A stretch of DNA of 64,000 nucleotides, taken from Zancudomyces culisetae HAW-14-8. Taxonomy: Eukaryota; Fungi; Kickxellomycota. Shown here piece after piece: positions 1 to 11,560 of this stretch. Every line of letters starts with the position of its first letter. Position 1 is the stretch's first letter. The DNA lies in the NCBI GenBank assembly GCA_052426225.1, contig JBNJNM010000006.1, forward strand, positions 1-64,000, written 5' to 3'. Both the position numbers and the translations under genes were made by a program. The notes beneath the pieces are model-generated. The model saw only the letters and a program-made list of their open reading frames with translations. It had not been told where the DNA came from and made no database searches.

Positions 1-1202
1 TCCTAACTCCTAACCCTAACCCTAACCCTAACCCTAACCCTAACCCTAACCCTAACCCTAACCCTAACCCTAACCCTAACCCTAACCCTAACCCTAACCC
101 TAACCCTAACCCTAACCCTAACCCTAACCCTAACCTAACCCTAACCCTAACCCTAACCCTAACCCTAACCCTAACCCTAACCCTAACCCTAACCCTAACC
201 CTAACCCTAACCCTAACCCTAACCCTAACCCTAACCCTAACCCTAACCCTAACCCTAACCCTAACCCTAACCCTAACCCTAACCCTAACCCTAACCCTAA
301 CCCTAACCCTAACCCTAACCCTAACCCTAACCCTAACCCTAACCCTAACCCTAACCCTAACCCTAACCCTAACCCTAACCCTAACCCTAACCCTAACCCT
401 AACCCTAACCCTAACCCTAACCCTAACCCTAACCCTAACCCTAACCCTAACCCTAACCCTAACCCTAACCCTAACCCTAACCCTAACCCTAACCCTAACC
501 CTAACCCTAACCCTAACCCTAACCCTAACCCTAACCCTAACCCTAACCCTAACCCTAACCCTAACCCTAACCCTAACCCTAACCCTAACCCTAACCCTAA
601 CCCTAACCCTAACCCTAACCCTAACCCTAACCCTAACCCTAACCCTAACCCTAACCCTAACCCTAACCCTAACCCTAACCCTAACCCTAACCCTAACCCT
701 AACCCTAACCCTAACCCTAACCCTAACCCTAACCCTAACCCTAACCCTAACCCTAACCCTAACCCTAACCCTAACCCTAACCCTAACCCTAACCCTAACC
801 CTAACCCTAACCCTAACCCTAACCCTAACCCTAACCCTAACCCTAACCCTAACCCTAACCCTAACCCTAACCCTAACCCTAACCCTAACCCTAACCCTAA
901 CCCTAACCCTAACCCTAACCCTAACCCTAACCCTAACCCTAACCCTAACCCTAACCCTAACCCTAACCCTAACCCTAACCCTAACCCTAACCCTAACCCT
1001 AACCCTAACCCTAACCCTAACCCTAACCCTAACCCTAACCCTAACCCTAACCCTAACCCTAACCCTAACCCTAACCCTAACCCTAACCCTAACCCTAACC
1101 CTAACCCTAACCCTAACCCTAACCCTAACCCTAACCCTAACCCTAACCCTAACCCTAACCCTAACCCTAACCCTAACCCTAACCCTAACCCTAACCCTAA
1201 CC
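1..1202. repeat. Telomeric repeat (CCCTAA)n / (TTAGGG)n, ~200 units; chromosome end
   Basis: Near-perfect CCCTAA array from the window start, C-rich strand 5'. Only two variant units in the first ~15 nt and one CCTAA near 130. Confidence 0.99.
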
Positions 1203-1267
1203 CCCTATCCCTATCCCTATCCCTATCCCATTCCCTTTTCCTATCTCTAACCATATTCCTAACCCAA
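1203..1267. repeat. Degenerate telomere-proximal repeats (CCCTAT x4, CCCATT, CCCTTT, CTCTAA, CCTAACCC)
   Basis: Hexamer periodicity continues with variant units directly inside the perfect array. Confidence 0.85.
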
Positions 1268-1510
1268 AATCAATCGAATTTTCATAAAAACTGCTAACAT
1301 AATCGCTTCTTTGACTGCAAAGTTATCAACCTGAATGTGAAACTTTTCTCAAAGAAGCTGAACTTGATTATAATAAGATAAGTTCTAACACGCTTAAATA
1401 TATTGCAGTTAAAACAGTAACTCTACAGAAACTCAAAATCTAGCTATAATCATTGAAGCTCACTGTTTTACGATAATATATAAAGCCACCAATGAAAAAA
1501 TCCAACTGAT

Positions 1511-1842
1511 TGTCATAACTAATATTAAACAGTTTCAATTTAAATCAACAAACAATATCAAACATGATTTGGATGAATCAGAAAATGCTTTTAAACATGT
1601 TTAATATTGAAACTAGCACAAACACAACTTTTCTTTAAATAGTACATTAATTATAACTACTTTCTATTTATGCAACATTTTAGTTTTTAATATTAAATTT
1701 AATATTACAAACAAAAAAACTTTAAATAGCATACTTTATTCCTTCAGAAAAACTTATCTGACAACAAGTGTCAACAATAAATATATTTTATAGTAGTACT
1801 TAATAATCACCAAATTATACCACAATAAACAAGTTCATGACA
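1511..1842 (+). repeat. 5' LTR
   Basis: Starts TGTCATAA, ends AAGTTCATGACA; colinear with 7133-7462 at roughly 85-90% identity by eye. Confidence 0.95.
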
Positions 1843-1853
1843 GTTTGTCAGAT
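1843..1853 (+). promoter_or_regulatory. Primer-binding site complementary to the element's own LTR (self-priming type)
   Basis: TTGTCAGAT (1845-1853) is the exact reverse complement of ATCTGACAA (1756-1764) in the LTR; no TGG tRNA-type PBS follows the LTR. Confidence 0.7.
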
Positions 1854-1877
1854 CAATATATATTAACTACTACTATC

Positions 1878-3229
1878 ATGTCAGAGAATATTTACGAAGA
1901 CCTTAATGCACTAGTAACAATAACTGTAAGTCATTTTAATGAATTTCATAGGATGGCAACTGTCACGACTTGACACTAAGTACTATTTGTATTAACTATG
2001 GATATGATTAATTTAATATTATATTATGAGATGAATAGTATTTTATTGAAAAAGTTTCCTAATGCAATAATTCCTTGTCCTTATATAGTTTTACATTATA
2101 TAAAATTAATTGTAAAACATTATATAAACTATAATTAAACTATAACTTAAACTAATTAATATTAACTGTCATCTCCACAGTTAACATTTAATAATATGGG
2201 ATAAAACCAAATTAATAAAAATTACTAATTTTTACTCCATAAAATATAATTTATGAGTAAGAATTAAAGCGGAGAAAACGTAAATAAATTTAACATTTGC
2301 TATTTTTAATAAAATATAAAAAATAGCAATCATGTCATGAATGGATCATGACAGCAACTCAACTAGACGATCTTTAGCTCCGCTTAAATATGTTAAGAAA
2401 TAATCAAGCAAACGAGTTACCAGTGGCTAGAGAACCAAGAGTAGCAGATCCTGAATACTTTAGTAGCAATAGAGACCAACCAAGAAACTTTGTAGTACAA
2501 GTCCAGCTAGTCATACAAGCTCAACCCTCAAGATTTACAACAGATACTCAGAAAGTCATTTTGCTTCTACTTTCATTCGTGGTCCTGCTTTCTCGTGGTT
2601 ACAACTGTTTCTAGAATCTAATGATCATGAACCAATCCTGGAAAATTTTGACATTTTCATAAAGAACTTTATCTGTTTTCGGAAATCCACACCATTTTTC
2701 GACAGCTGAACGTCAACTCAGAAAACTTCGCCAGTTGGGATCCGCAGCCACCTTTGCTACTGAATTTTGTAGTATTTCGACACATATGTCCTGGAATGTC
2801 GCAGCACTCTGTAGCCAATTTTATGAATGACTTAAAAAAGACATTAAGGATTTATTAGCATGTTTTGATTTACCTGACAACTTATCAGAATTTATTGACC
2901 TCGCCATAAAAATTGACAACAGACTATTTGAAAGAAACCTTGAAAAAACGTTTCGCCCTCGTCCTATTCACACTCAAAATTTGGATAACTCTACACCATC
3001 AAGAAACAATTTAATAAACATAACTCAGCCTCGGGTGCAACAAATGGAAATTGACGGAACTTCATCTCGTCGCCCACCACTCACTCAGACTGAAAAACAA
3101 CGCCGCCGCGATCTTAATCTTTGTCTATATTGTGGTAATCCTGATCATGTCATTTCATCTTGTCCTCGTCGCCCGCAAATAAAGTTACCTTATACTATAT
3201 CTGCAAGCATTATTAAGGAAAACAATTAA
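1878..3229 (+). pseudogene. gag (capsid plus CCHC zinc knuckle), interrupted by a solo LTR
   Basis: ATG 1878 rejoins the 2390 ORF in frame once 1961-2358 is removed (one TAG at 2375). Motifs EPRVADPEYFS, QMEID, CLYCGNPDHVISSC. Confidence 0.9.
1961..2353 (-). mobile_element. Solo LTR (393 bp) of a different element nested in gag
   Basis: TGTCACGA...TCATGACA termini with 5-bp TSD GCAAC (1956-1960, 2354-2358). Orientation is inferred from the minus-strand end CAAGTCGTGACA resembling the host LTR end CAAGTTCATGACA. Confidence 0.85.
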
Positions 3230-3285
3230 GCTCAAGACAATTTTCGGACGTAGTCTTGAGCGTATCTAATTATCCTAAACCGTCC
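3217..3285 (+). promoter_or_regulatory. -1 programmed ribosomal frameshift signal (G_GAA_AAC plus H-type pseudoknot) at the gag/pol junction
   Basis: Heptamer 3217-3223 in the gag frame, 6-nt spacer, 9-bp stem GCTCAAGAC 3230-3238 / GTCTTGAGC 3253-3261; loop GGACG can pair with CGTCC 3281-3285. Confidence 0.75.
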
Positions 3286-3413
3286 ATTTCAACCAAAAAT
3301 CTTTACCCTTTAAGTATTGCGCTAATTAAACATCCGGAAGTTTATATCAAGCTGAAGTAAATCTACTTTTACAATTTAACAATAAAATATACATTACTGA
3401 AATATCCAATCTA

Positions 3414-6400
3414 AATCCTGAATTAAATGTAAAAAATACATTCTACTACTCCAACTATAACTCTGAAAATAAACCTGAAACCAAATCTGAAACCAAATCT
3501 GAAATCAAACCTGAACTTAATACTGAAATCAAACCTGAACTTAATACTGAAACCAAATATGAACTTATAATTTAAACTAAACCCGTACTTCACTCATAAC
3601 CTGAACTGAAGCCTGAACTCAAGCCTGTATCTACACCTGACTGCAACTTAAAAATTAATTCCACTATCAATATGAATCTTGACCTAGAACATTTAAATAT
3701 GTCAACAAATAAAGTATACTCTCACCTTATAGTATCTGTAACCCTTCGGGTAAACAATACCCCGATAAAAACCGTTGCCATGATTGATTCGGGTACAACT
3801 AATTGCTTCATTGATTCTACTTTTGCCAAGACTAATAACATTCCGTTAGTTTCAAAAAATTACCAATTCCGCTACTTGTAATTGACGGAAGATTAATTTC
3901 GTCAGACTCCATAACACACAATACAATACCTATTCAACTTAACACTTATAATCATCACAAAACTATATCATTTGATGTAACCAACTTGAGAAAATACCCT
4001 GTCATTATTGGAATAAACTGGCTGAGAACCCATAATACACACATAGGGTGGAATTTAGTTAAGTTGTATTTCATACCTGAATATTGCCAAAATAATTGTA
4101 GTATTCAACAAAATCAATGTTCTACACACACAATAACTTGCACATTAATTCCAGATAAATCAGAAATAACTCCTATACCATCGGAATATTCTGAATTTAA
4201 TAATGTATTCGACAAAAAAGCAGCTAATAATTTACCACCTCATCGTACATATGATCATAAAATTCCGTTAACATCAGGCTCACAACCACCATTGAGACCA
4301 ATTTAATCACTATCTGAAACAGAACTTGCAGCATTTCGTGAATATTTGAAAGAAAATTTAGAAAAGGTTTTATTCATCCTTCATCATCTTCAGCTGGCTC
4401 TCCTATACTTTTTGTAAATGAGAAAATTGGATCTTTAAGATTATGCGTAGAATATAGAGGATTAAATAATTTGACAATTAAAAACAGGTATCTCTTAGTT
4501 TTAATCGGAGAGTTACTCGACAGTTTCAGACATGGAAAATATTAACTAAAAACGATTTAAGAGACGCATATAATTTAATAAGAATCGCTAAGGGAGAAGA
4601 ATGGAATAATGCATTCAGTATGAGATACGGTCACTAAGAATATAGAGTTATGCCATTCGGACTCTGCAATGCTCCAGCATCGTTTCAATATTTCATGAAT
4701 GATGTATAATCTGACTGCTTAGATAGTTTTGCAGTAGTATATTTAGATGTTATACTGGTTTATAGTACAATTAGAAGACCATATTAATCATGTAATGAAT
4801 TATTATGATGACCCCGGAATAATTCACTATATACTAAACTGGAAAAATGTCGATGTCACAAAACAGAAGTCGAATTCTTGGGATATATTGTTTCCGATAA
4901 AGGGGTAAGTATGGGTATAACAAAGACAATAGCTGTAAGTGCATGGTCTGCACCAACCAATAAAAGAAATTTAAACGTTTCTCGGTTTTGCAAATTTCTA
5001 TAGAAAATTTATAATGAATTTTTCAAAGATTGTGACACCTATATTAAAATTGTTACAAAATATGAAAAATGGAACTGGATCACTGAATTACAAAACTCTT
5101 TCGATCAATTCAAAAAAGCATTTACAACTGCACTTATTTTAAAATATTTTGATCCGAATAAATCAATTACTATCGAATCTGATGCATCAGACTTCGCAAT
5201 TGGAGAAGTTATATCACAACGCAACGATAATAACAATATACATCCTATATCTTATTATTCCAGAAAGTTACAACCTGCTGAAATCAACTACGAAATTTAC
5301 AATAAAGAAATGTTAGCCATAGTTGAGGCTTTTAAAGAATGGAGATCATAACTTGAAGGAGCATTACATCAAATTACGGTTATAACTGACCATAAAAATA
5401 TAGAATATTTGACTACCACTAATACTAAGAATAGGCGTCAAGCACGATGGGCAGAATTATTAGGAAATTATAATTTCATTATTAAATACGTAACTGGTTC
5501 ATCTAACGGGAAACCCGATGCTTTGTCCCGACGCCCGGATCATTTGCCTAAGGATGGGGATGACGCTATACGTAAATTTATAAGTTTGCTAAAGCCAGAA
5601 CAATTGATAATTGCAGCAGTAGAACCAATGGTTGCTAATAATTTTGATAAAACTATATTAAATAGTAGCTACGAAAAAGATATTAAGTTAATTCCATTAA
5701 TTCAAATAGAAATATATTAAAATTTCATCTAACTCTGAATATCCAAACTTAAAGGATTATAAATACGACAATGAAATACTTACTTTTAAAGGTAAAACAT
5801 ACATTCCAGATAACATTGAAATCAAACTACTACTACTCAACCAATTTCACGATTCGCCTATTGCTGGACACTCGGACATTCTAAAACCTTTGAACTGATT
5901 TCAAGATACTGATATTGGCCAAAAATGGGAAAAATGATTAAAAATTATATTAACTCATGCGATCAATGTTGCAGATGTAAACCGATAAGACTCAAACCAT
6001 ATGGTCAACTACAACCTTTACAGATTCCAGATAAACCGTGGGAATCAATTTTTATGGATTTTATTGTTGGGTTACCAGGTCACAAACTTACGATTCAGTA
6101 TTGGTTATTGTAGATAGACTAACAAAAATGGCGCATTTTATTCCAACAAATAACAATATCAACGCACAACAAACAGCAAAACTATTTATCAATAACATAT
6201 TTAAACTTCACGGAATGACAAAAGATATCGTCTCTGATAGAGGTTCTATCTTCACTTCAAAATTTTGGAATACTATTACCAAAGTATTTTATATAAAATT
6301 AAATATGTCAACACATACCATCCACAAACGGATGGTCAAACGGAACGAGTAAACCAAGTTTTAGAACTGTATATCAGAATTTATTGTAACTACAACCAAA

Positions 6401-7114
6401 CAAACTGGCATTATTTATTAGCACTCGCAGAATTTGCATAAAATAACTCACAACACTCAACTACAAAATTTTCACTATTCTACGCTAATACTGGATATCA
6501 TCCTTCAATATTTCATTCAAATATTTTGACTTCACCCAGTAACTCGCCCATAATCACAGATTTAACTCAGAAAATGTCATAAATTTACAAGGAACTTATA
6601 AAAAATATTAAAATGTAAATGAAAGATATGCTAAAGCATATGATAAAAACAGACAAACAGAACCCGAGTTTAATATAGATTCAAAAGTGTGGTTAAATAG
6701 ATAATATATTAAACTAACAGACCAAATTACAAACTAGATTATACTAAATTAGGTCCATTGACAATAGTTATAAAAATAAGCAAAGTAGCATACGAACTTC
6801 AACTTCCTACTGCTATGAAAGTACATCCTGTCTTTCACGATTCCCTTCTAGAACCTGTAACTAACAACACTATTGAAGGTCGAATTCATGAAACTCCATT
6901 ACCTGTACTAGTTGATGGAATATCAGAATACAAAGACGAACAAATATTAGACAGTCGTATTAAATATAATAAACTACAATATCTAGTGGACTGGAAAGGG
7001 TACGATGCAAGCGAAAGAACTTGGGAACCAGCCGAACATCTAACAAATACAAAAGAACTTGTGGAAAAGTACCATAATGAAAACCCGAATAAACCAATGT
7101 CGCTCAGAGATTGA
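3414..7114 (+). pseudogene. pol: KPE-repeat linker, aspartic protease, reverse transcriptase, RNase H, integrase, chromodomain
   Basis: AMIDSGTTNCFID (protease); LPPHRTYDHKI and MPFGLCNAPASFQ, YLDV instead of YLDD at 4740-4751 (RT); [16 protein letters not shown] (RH); [18 protein letters not shown] (IN); QYLVDWKGYDASERTWEP (chromo). Confidence 0.95.
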
Positions 7115-7118
7115 CACT

Positions 7119-7132
7119 AAGAGAGGGAATAC
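7119..7132 (+). promoter_or_regulatory. Polypurine tract
   Basis: AAGAGAGGGAATAC immediately before the 3' LTR. Confidence 0.85.
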
Positions 7133-7462
7133 AGTCATAAATTAATATTAAATAGTTTTAATTTAAAATAACAAAAAATATCAAAAATGATTTGGATGAA
7201 TCAGAAATTTGATTTTAAACATGTTTAATATTGAATCTAGCACAAAACACAACTAACTTTAAATAGTTCATTATTTTACTACTATCTATTTATGCAACAT
7301 TATAGTCTTTAATATTAAATTTATATATTACAAACAAAAAGTTCAAATAGCATTCTATATTCCTTCAAAACTACTTATCTGACAACAAGTGTCAACAATA
7401 AATAAAATTATAGTAGTACTTAATAATCACCAAATTACACCAAAATATACAAGTTCATGACA
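7133..7462 (+). repeat. 3' LTR
   Basis: Begins AGTCATAA (TG mutated to AG), ends AAGTTCATGACA followed by TSD CTGAT. Confidence 0.95.
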
Positions 7463-8204
7463 CTGATAAACAAAAAAAGTAAAGTACTCTATACAAACGT
7501 TACTTTAGATTTAAAATCATTGCTTGAAATACCTCACTTGCTGATACAATTACAAATTAGAAGTTGACCTCCTCAATATCTTTTATATTTATCTTCATAT
7601 TTTTAAGATTAATTTAATCTGAAGAAAACTAAAAAATCAGAAATTGCTGAAGCTAAGAAGGCTATAAAGAAACAAGAACTAGCACAAAACTCGATGACCG
7701 TAGATACACAAGCTAGTTTCAAAGGACATAAAAAGTATATTATGGCAACAAATTGCGTCGAAACCATCGACCAATATAACTAAAATATCACTAATATACT
7801 ACAGTAGAAAAATCAATAAAGGAAAGAAAAAAACTACAAATCCAAATAAAAGACGATTATTAAACAACAAATCAAGATTAATCAACAACATTAATCTATT
7901 CTAAAAAACAAGACACCAAAGAATGAACTACAACATAATAATCAAAAAAAAGTAAAACAATATTTTCACTTCAGACATCAGTACCATCAACAATTAATAA
8001 TTAACTTTACCAAAAATACAACAAAGTCAACCAAAAAATATCCAGATACAGTTACTTTTTTTCACATCATGACTTCCAAATCTGATAGTAAACTACTTAT
8101 ATTAAACAATTGCTATAAACACATACCGCTATTACTCAACAATGAACTACATAACATTGACCTTTTTTTTTATAATACCACTCAACTGTTTATAAAATGA
8201 TATA

Positions 8205-9769
8205 CAGTGAGTTTCTAAAATGTCTCAAAATATTTATAATAATTTTCAAAGTGTAATATCTCGCTCAATAATATCCAAAAATTATATGTTTTTTATATTA
8301 TATAATGCACAAATGTTATATTCAGATTATATTAAACTGTATTTTCATTGGTTAAAAATTCTTTATGAAAATATAAATTGTAAAAATTTTAAAATTGAGA
8401 CAATTTTGGGAATTTTTCAAAAAAAAAATTTAAACTATCATAACTTTATGAATTCAAATTTTAAATTTTTAAAACTTTTACATAATATAATATATATAAT
8501 TGTTATACTAATCACAATAATAATTTTTTAAAAAATGATATAAGAACAACGTAAACTGGATATTAAAAACGCGTTACTTGAAGGCAGAAACATTGACCAA
8601 ATCATTATAGAACATGGAGTTAGTAAAGCAACAATATACAGAATTAAAGCAGCAATGAATATCAATTTACCGGCTAATAAACGCGGTCGTCCAGCGAAGC
8701 TTTCACCCCAAAGCAAGCGAATATGTACTAGGATGATATTATCTGGAGAGTATCGATCTGATACTTCGATACAAAAGAAGTTAGAAATGGATAATGTTGT
8801 AAGTGCTAGTAAGTCTACAATATATCGGGCTTTTAATGATCTAAAAGCCGTTGCAAAAATAAAAACCTCCAAACCGAAACTGAGCCTTAAAAATATTGCA
8901 AAAAGGTTGAGATTCGCAAAATCTCATCGCCACTGGACTACTGATGATTGGAGACGAGTAATTTGGTCCGACAAAACTAAAATCAACCGATTTGGATATG
9001 ATGGAAATGAATGGACTTGGGTTCGTGATGGTGTGAGTCTACAGCCGCACAATATTAACCAGACCGTAAAACACGGTGGAGGATCATTAATGATTTGGGG
9101 ATGCATCACAGCATTTGGAACTGGCTACATGTGCCAAATGAAGGAATGTTAAACAAGGAAAGATATTTAAACATTTTAAAAGACGAGCTTAGCAATACAA
9201 TAAAGTACTACAAGTTTGATCCCAAGTCAATAATATTTCAACATGACAATGATCCTAAACATACCTCAAAGTTAGTTACATGCTGGCTTGAAAACCAGGA
9301 ATATAATACATTGGACTGGCCGCCACAATCTCCAGACTTAAACCCAATCGAAACTATATGGGCAATCATCAAAAGACGCCTAAATAGATACAGTAAACCA
9401 CCGTCCGGGATGATCGAATTATGGGAGCGAATAGAAACGGAATGGAATTTAATTACAGTGGAAACAATACTTGGTCTTATAGATAGTATGCCCAAAAGAG
9501 TTGAGGCAGTTATCAAGTCTAAAGGAAGGTGGACAGAATTTTAAAGTTTTTTTTTGAAAAATTCCCAAAATTGTCTCATTTTTAAAAATTTTACAATTTA
9601 TATTTTCATAATGAATTTTTAACCAATAAAAATACAGTTTATTTAAAATCTTAATATAAAATTTGTGCATTATAATTTATAAAATTATCTAATTTCTGGA
9701 TTTTATTGAGCGAGATATTACACTTTGAAAATTATTATCAATATTTTGAGACATTTTTTAAACTCACTG
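8205..9769 (+). mobile_element. Tc1/mariner (DD34E) DNA transposon with ~230-bp terminal inverted repeats
   Basis: TA TSD (8203-8204, 9770-9771), CAGTGAGTTT...AAACTCACTG ends, TIRs about 8205-8434 and 9540-9769. Confidence 0.96.
8535..9544 (+). pseudogene. Tc1 transposase, inactivated
   Basis: ATG 8535 is in frame with ORF 8655 but codon 3 is TAA; frameshift near 9135. Motifs GRPAKLS, VIWSDK (normally WSDE), KHGGGSLMIWGC, FQHDNDPKH, WPPQSPDLNPIE. Confidence 0.95.
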
Positions 9770-9799
9770 TACGTGTTAAGATTACATATTTTAAGATTA

Positions 9800-11560
9800 T
9801 TTTTTTAATACTATTAATTTTTTAGAAAAATATGGTATTCAATAGTGAATAAGATATTTTTCTCTGAAGTTTTCTTTCGATGGATTTCGAAAGGGTTTTT
9901 ATACTTTAACTCCAGAGATTTTTTCATATAAAATTTTCTTAAGTAAAGTTGCTATCAAACTATAAATTTGACTATTAAACTTATGAGTAACTGATGTGAT
10001 TAACTACCGCGAGTTTAGTGTGTCAATGATTGCGTCATTCATGTTATTCTGACGATTCTTTGAATTATTAGTTTCAAAATTCTTTCTAGGTTTCTTATTT
10101 CCTAAAATGGTCTGTGAATATTTTTATAACAAATTTCATCGCGAAATTCATTTTTTACTTGACTTGGTTAGATTAATTTAATAATTTGTACTTAGTTACA
10201 TTTAATTAATTTGTACTTAGTTACATTTTAGTAATTTGTATATAGTTACAATTTCATTTTCTATCCTTCTTGATTTGGTCATGGAAAATTATAATTACGT
10301 GAATTTATTTAATTTATTTTAAAACAATTCCTAACAGTCATAACCAACATGCTGTCTCTGTATCGATAATTGACCACAGGTGACGATTTAAATATTGGTT
10401 CTCACTTTACTGTTTGTTACCTTATTATCTGGCTTAATTATTTATTGAATTTGAGAATGTCTTCATTATTTAAAAGTGTAATGTATACATTTAATTGTTT
10501 CAGCGAGTCCTCTGATCCTTAAAAAAGTATATTAGTATACATTTATTCTAATTTTACAACTAATTAAAGTTTTTAGATTTGCATTTATGACTTGGTTAGT
10601 TATCTATTTTTCCTATTTAGTAGATTATGATAACGCTGGAGTACTTTCAGCTTGATGTTCATGAGTATTGTTTTCTTCTAGCCTTGGTCTGCCTAATACC
10701 TATTCGTATTTCTTTCTATGGTATTGTCAAACTTTGTATCTTCGATTGTATATGTTTCCTCAATATTTTTCCCGTTTGTTGGTATGTCGAGCAAGTTAAT
10801 ACGATTATCCTTTTCCACAGGGCTGTAAATTTGATTTTGTGTAGCTTTCGGTTGGGCTAACATATTTCATATAAAACCCATTTTAACAAATGTAACACTC
10901 CTTTATTCGTAACTGACTATTGTACTTTCTTCTGTCTTTAGCTTCTACCAAACGCTAATCCACGACCTCATCAACCTTAGAAACATTATTCACTGTTGTC
11001 TCATTAAACCTTTTCAAGCTGAGTATAGGCAAAGGTATCTTTGGATTTAGCTTTAAGTTGTTTACTCGACTTCGATACTGCGTTTTTGGAATATCATTGA
11101 CTTTGTAAACGCCGATACTACTTGAGCATATTTTTAAGGGCTGTACTTCAACTAAAGTTTCTTTTTATGCGGATTTTATAACCTCATCCTAGACTTTACA
11201 TTTTATTTCCATCACACGCTTCCAAGGGTGTTATCTATTAAACTTAATAACTAACCCACCTTAGTGGCATCAAAAGTTATTTTATCACTAGCCCAGAGAT
11301 GTGTAAGTTTGCTCTCGAATTCCACAATACTTTTGTAATCGTTTTGTTTTATGACTCGTGTTATTATAATATTAACTATACAACATTGTAACAAATTTAG
11401 TAACTACATTTTTTCCAGATCATCCCAGTTATTAAAATCTTTTTTCTAAATATATACCAAAATAATTTACTTTTTCCTAAAAATAACTTTGCCAATTTCA
11501 CCAATATTCCGTTTTCCATTTGTTTAGCTTTCGATTAATCAATAATCTTCAATTTATTCT
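9800..11560 (-). pseudogene. Highly decayed LTR-retrotransposon gag/protease relic
   Basis: Minus-strand translation gives a decayed knuckle ECYIC*NGFYMKYVSP (10900-10853) and, downstream, a protease-like IIDTETAC (~10370-10347), in the expected order. Boundaries approximate. Confidence 0.5.
10178..10250. repeat. Three ~25-bp tandem copies (TAATTTGTACTTAGTTACATTT..)
   Basis: Directly visible. Confidence 0.85.

Larger units (their letters stand above)
1511..7462 (+). mobile_element. Full-length, decayed Ty3/gypsy chromovirus (Tf1/sushi-type) LTR retrotransposon
   Basis: Two ~330-bp LTRs, TGTCA...TGACA termini, 5-bp TSD CTGAT (1506-1510 and 7463-7467), domain order gag-PR-RT-RH-IN-chromo, many stops and frameshifts. 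Confidence 0.96.

Noticed and set aside
1-136. Variant telomere units at the extreme end and near 130
   Set aside because: Cannot be distinguished from read-end or consensus errors.
130-1254. 374-aa poly-GL ORF on minus
   Set aside because: Translation of the TTAGGG telomere array.
8220-8531. 103-aa ORF and its mirror at 9449-9670
   Set aside because: AT-rich Tc1 terminal inverted repeats, not genes.
1511-9769. RIP-like mutation of the transposons
   Set aside because: LTR and TIR differences include many transversions and indels, not a directional C-to-T pattern by eye.
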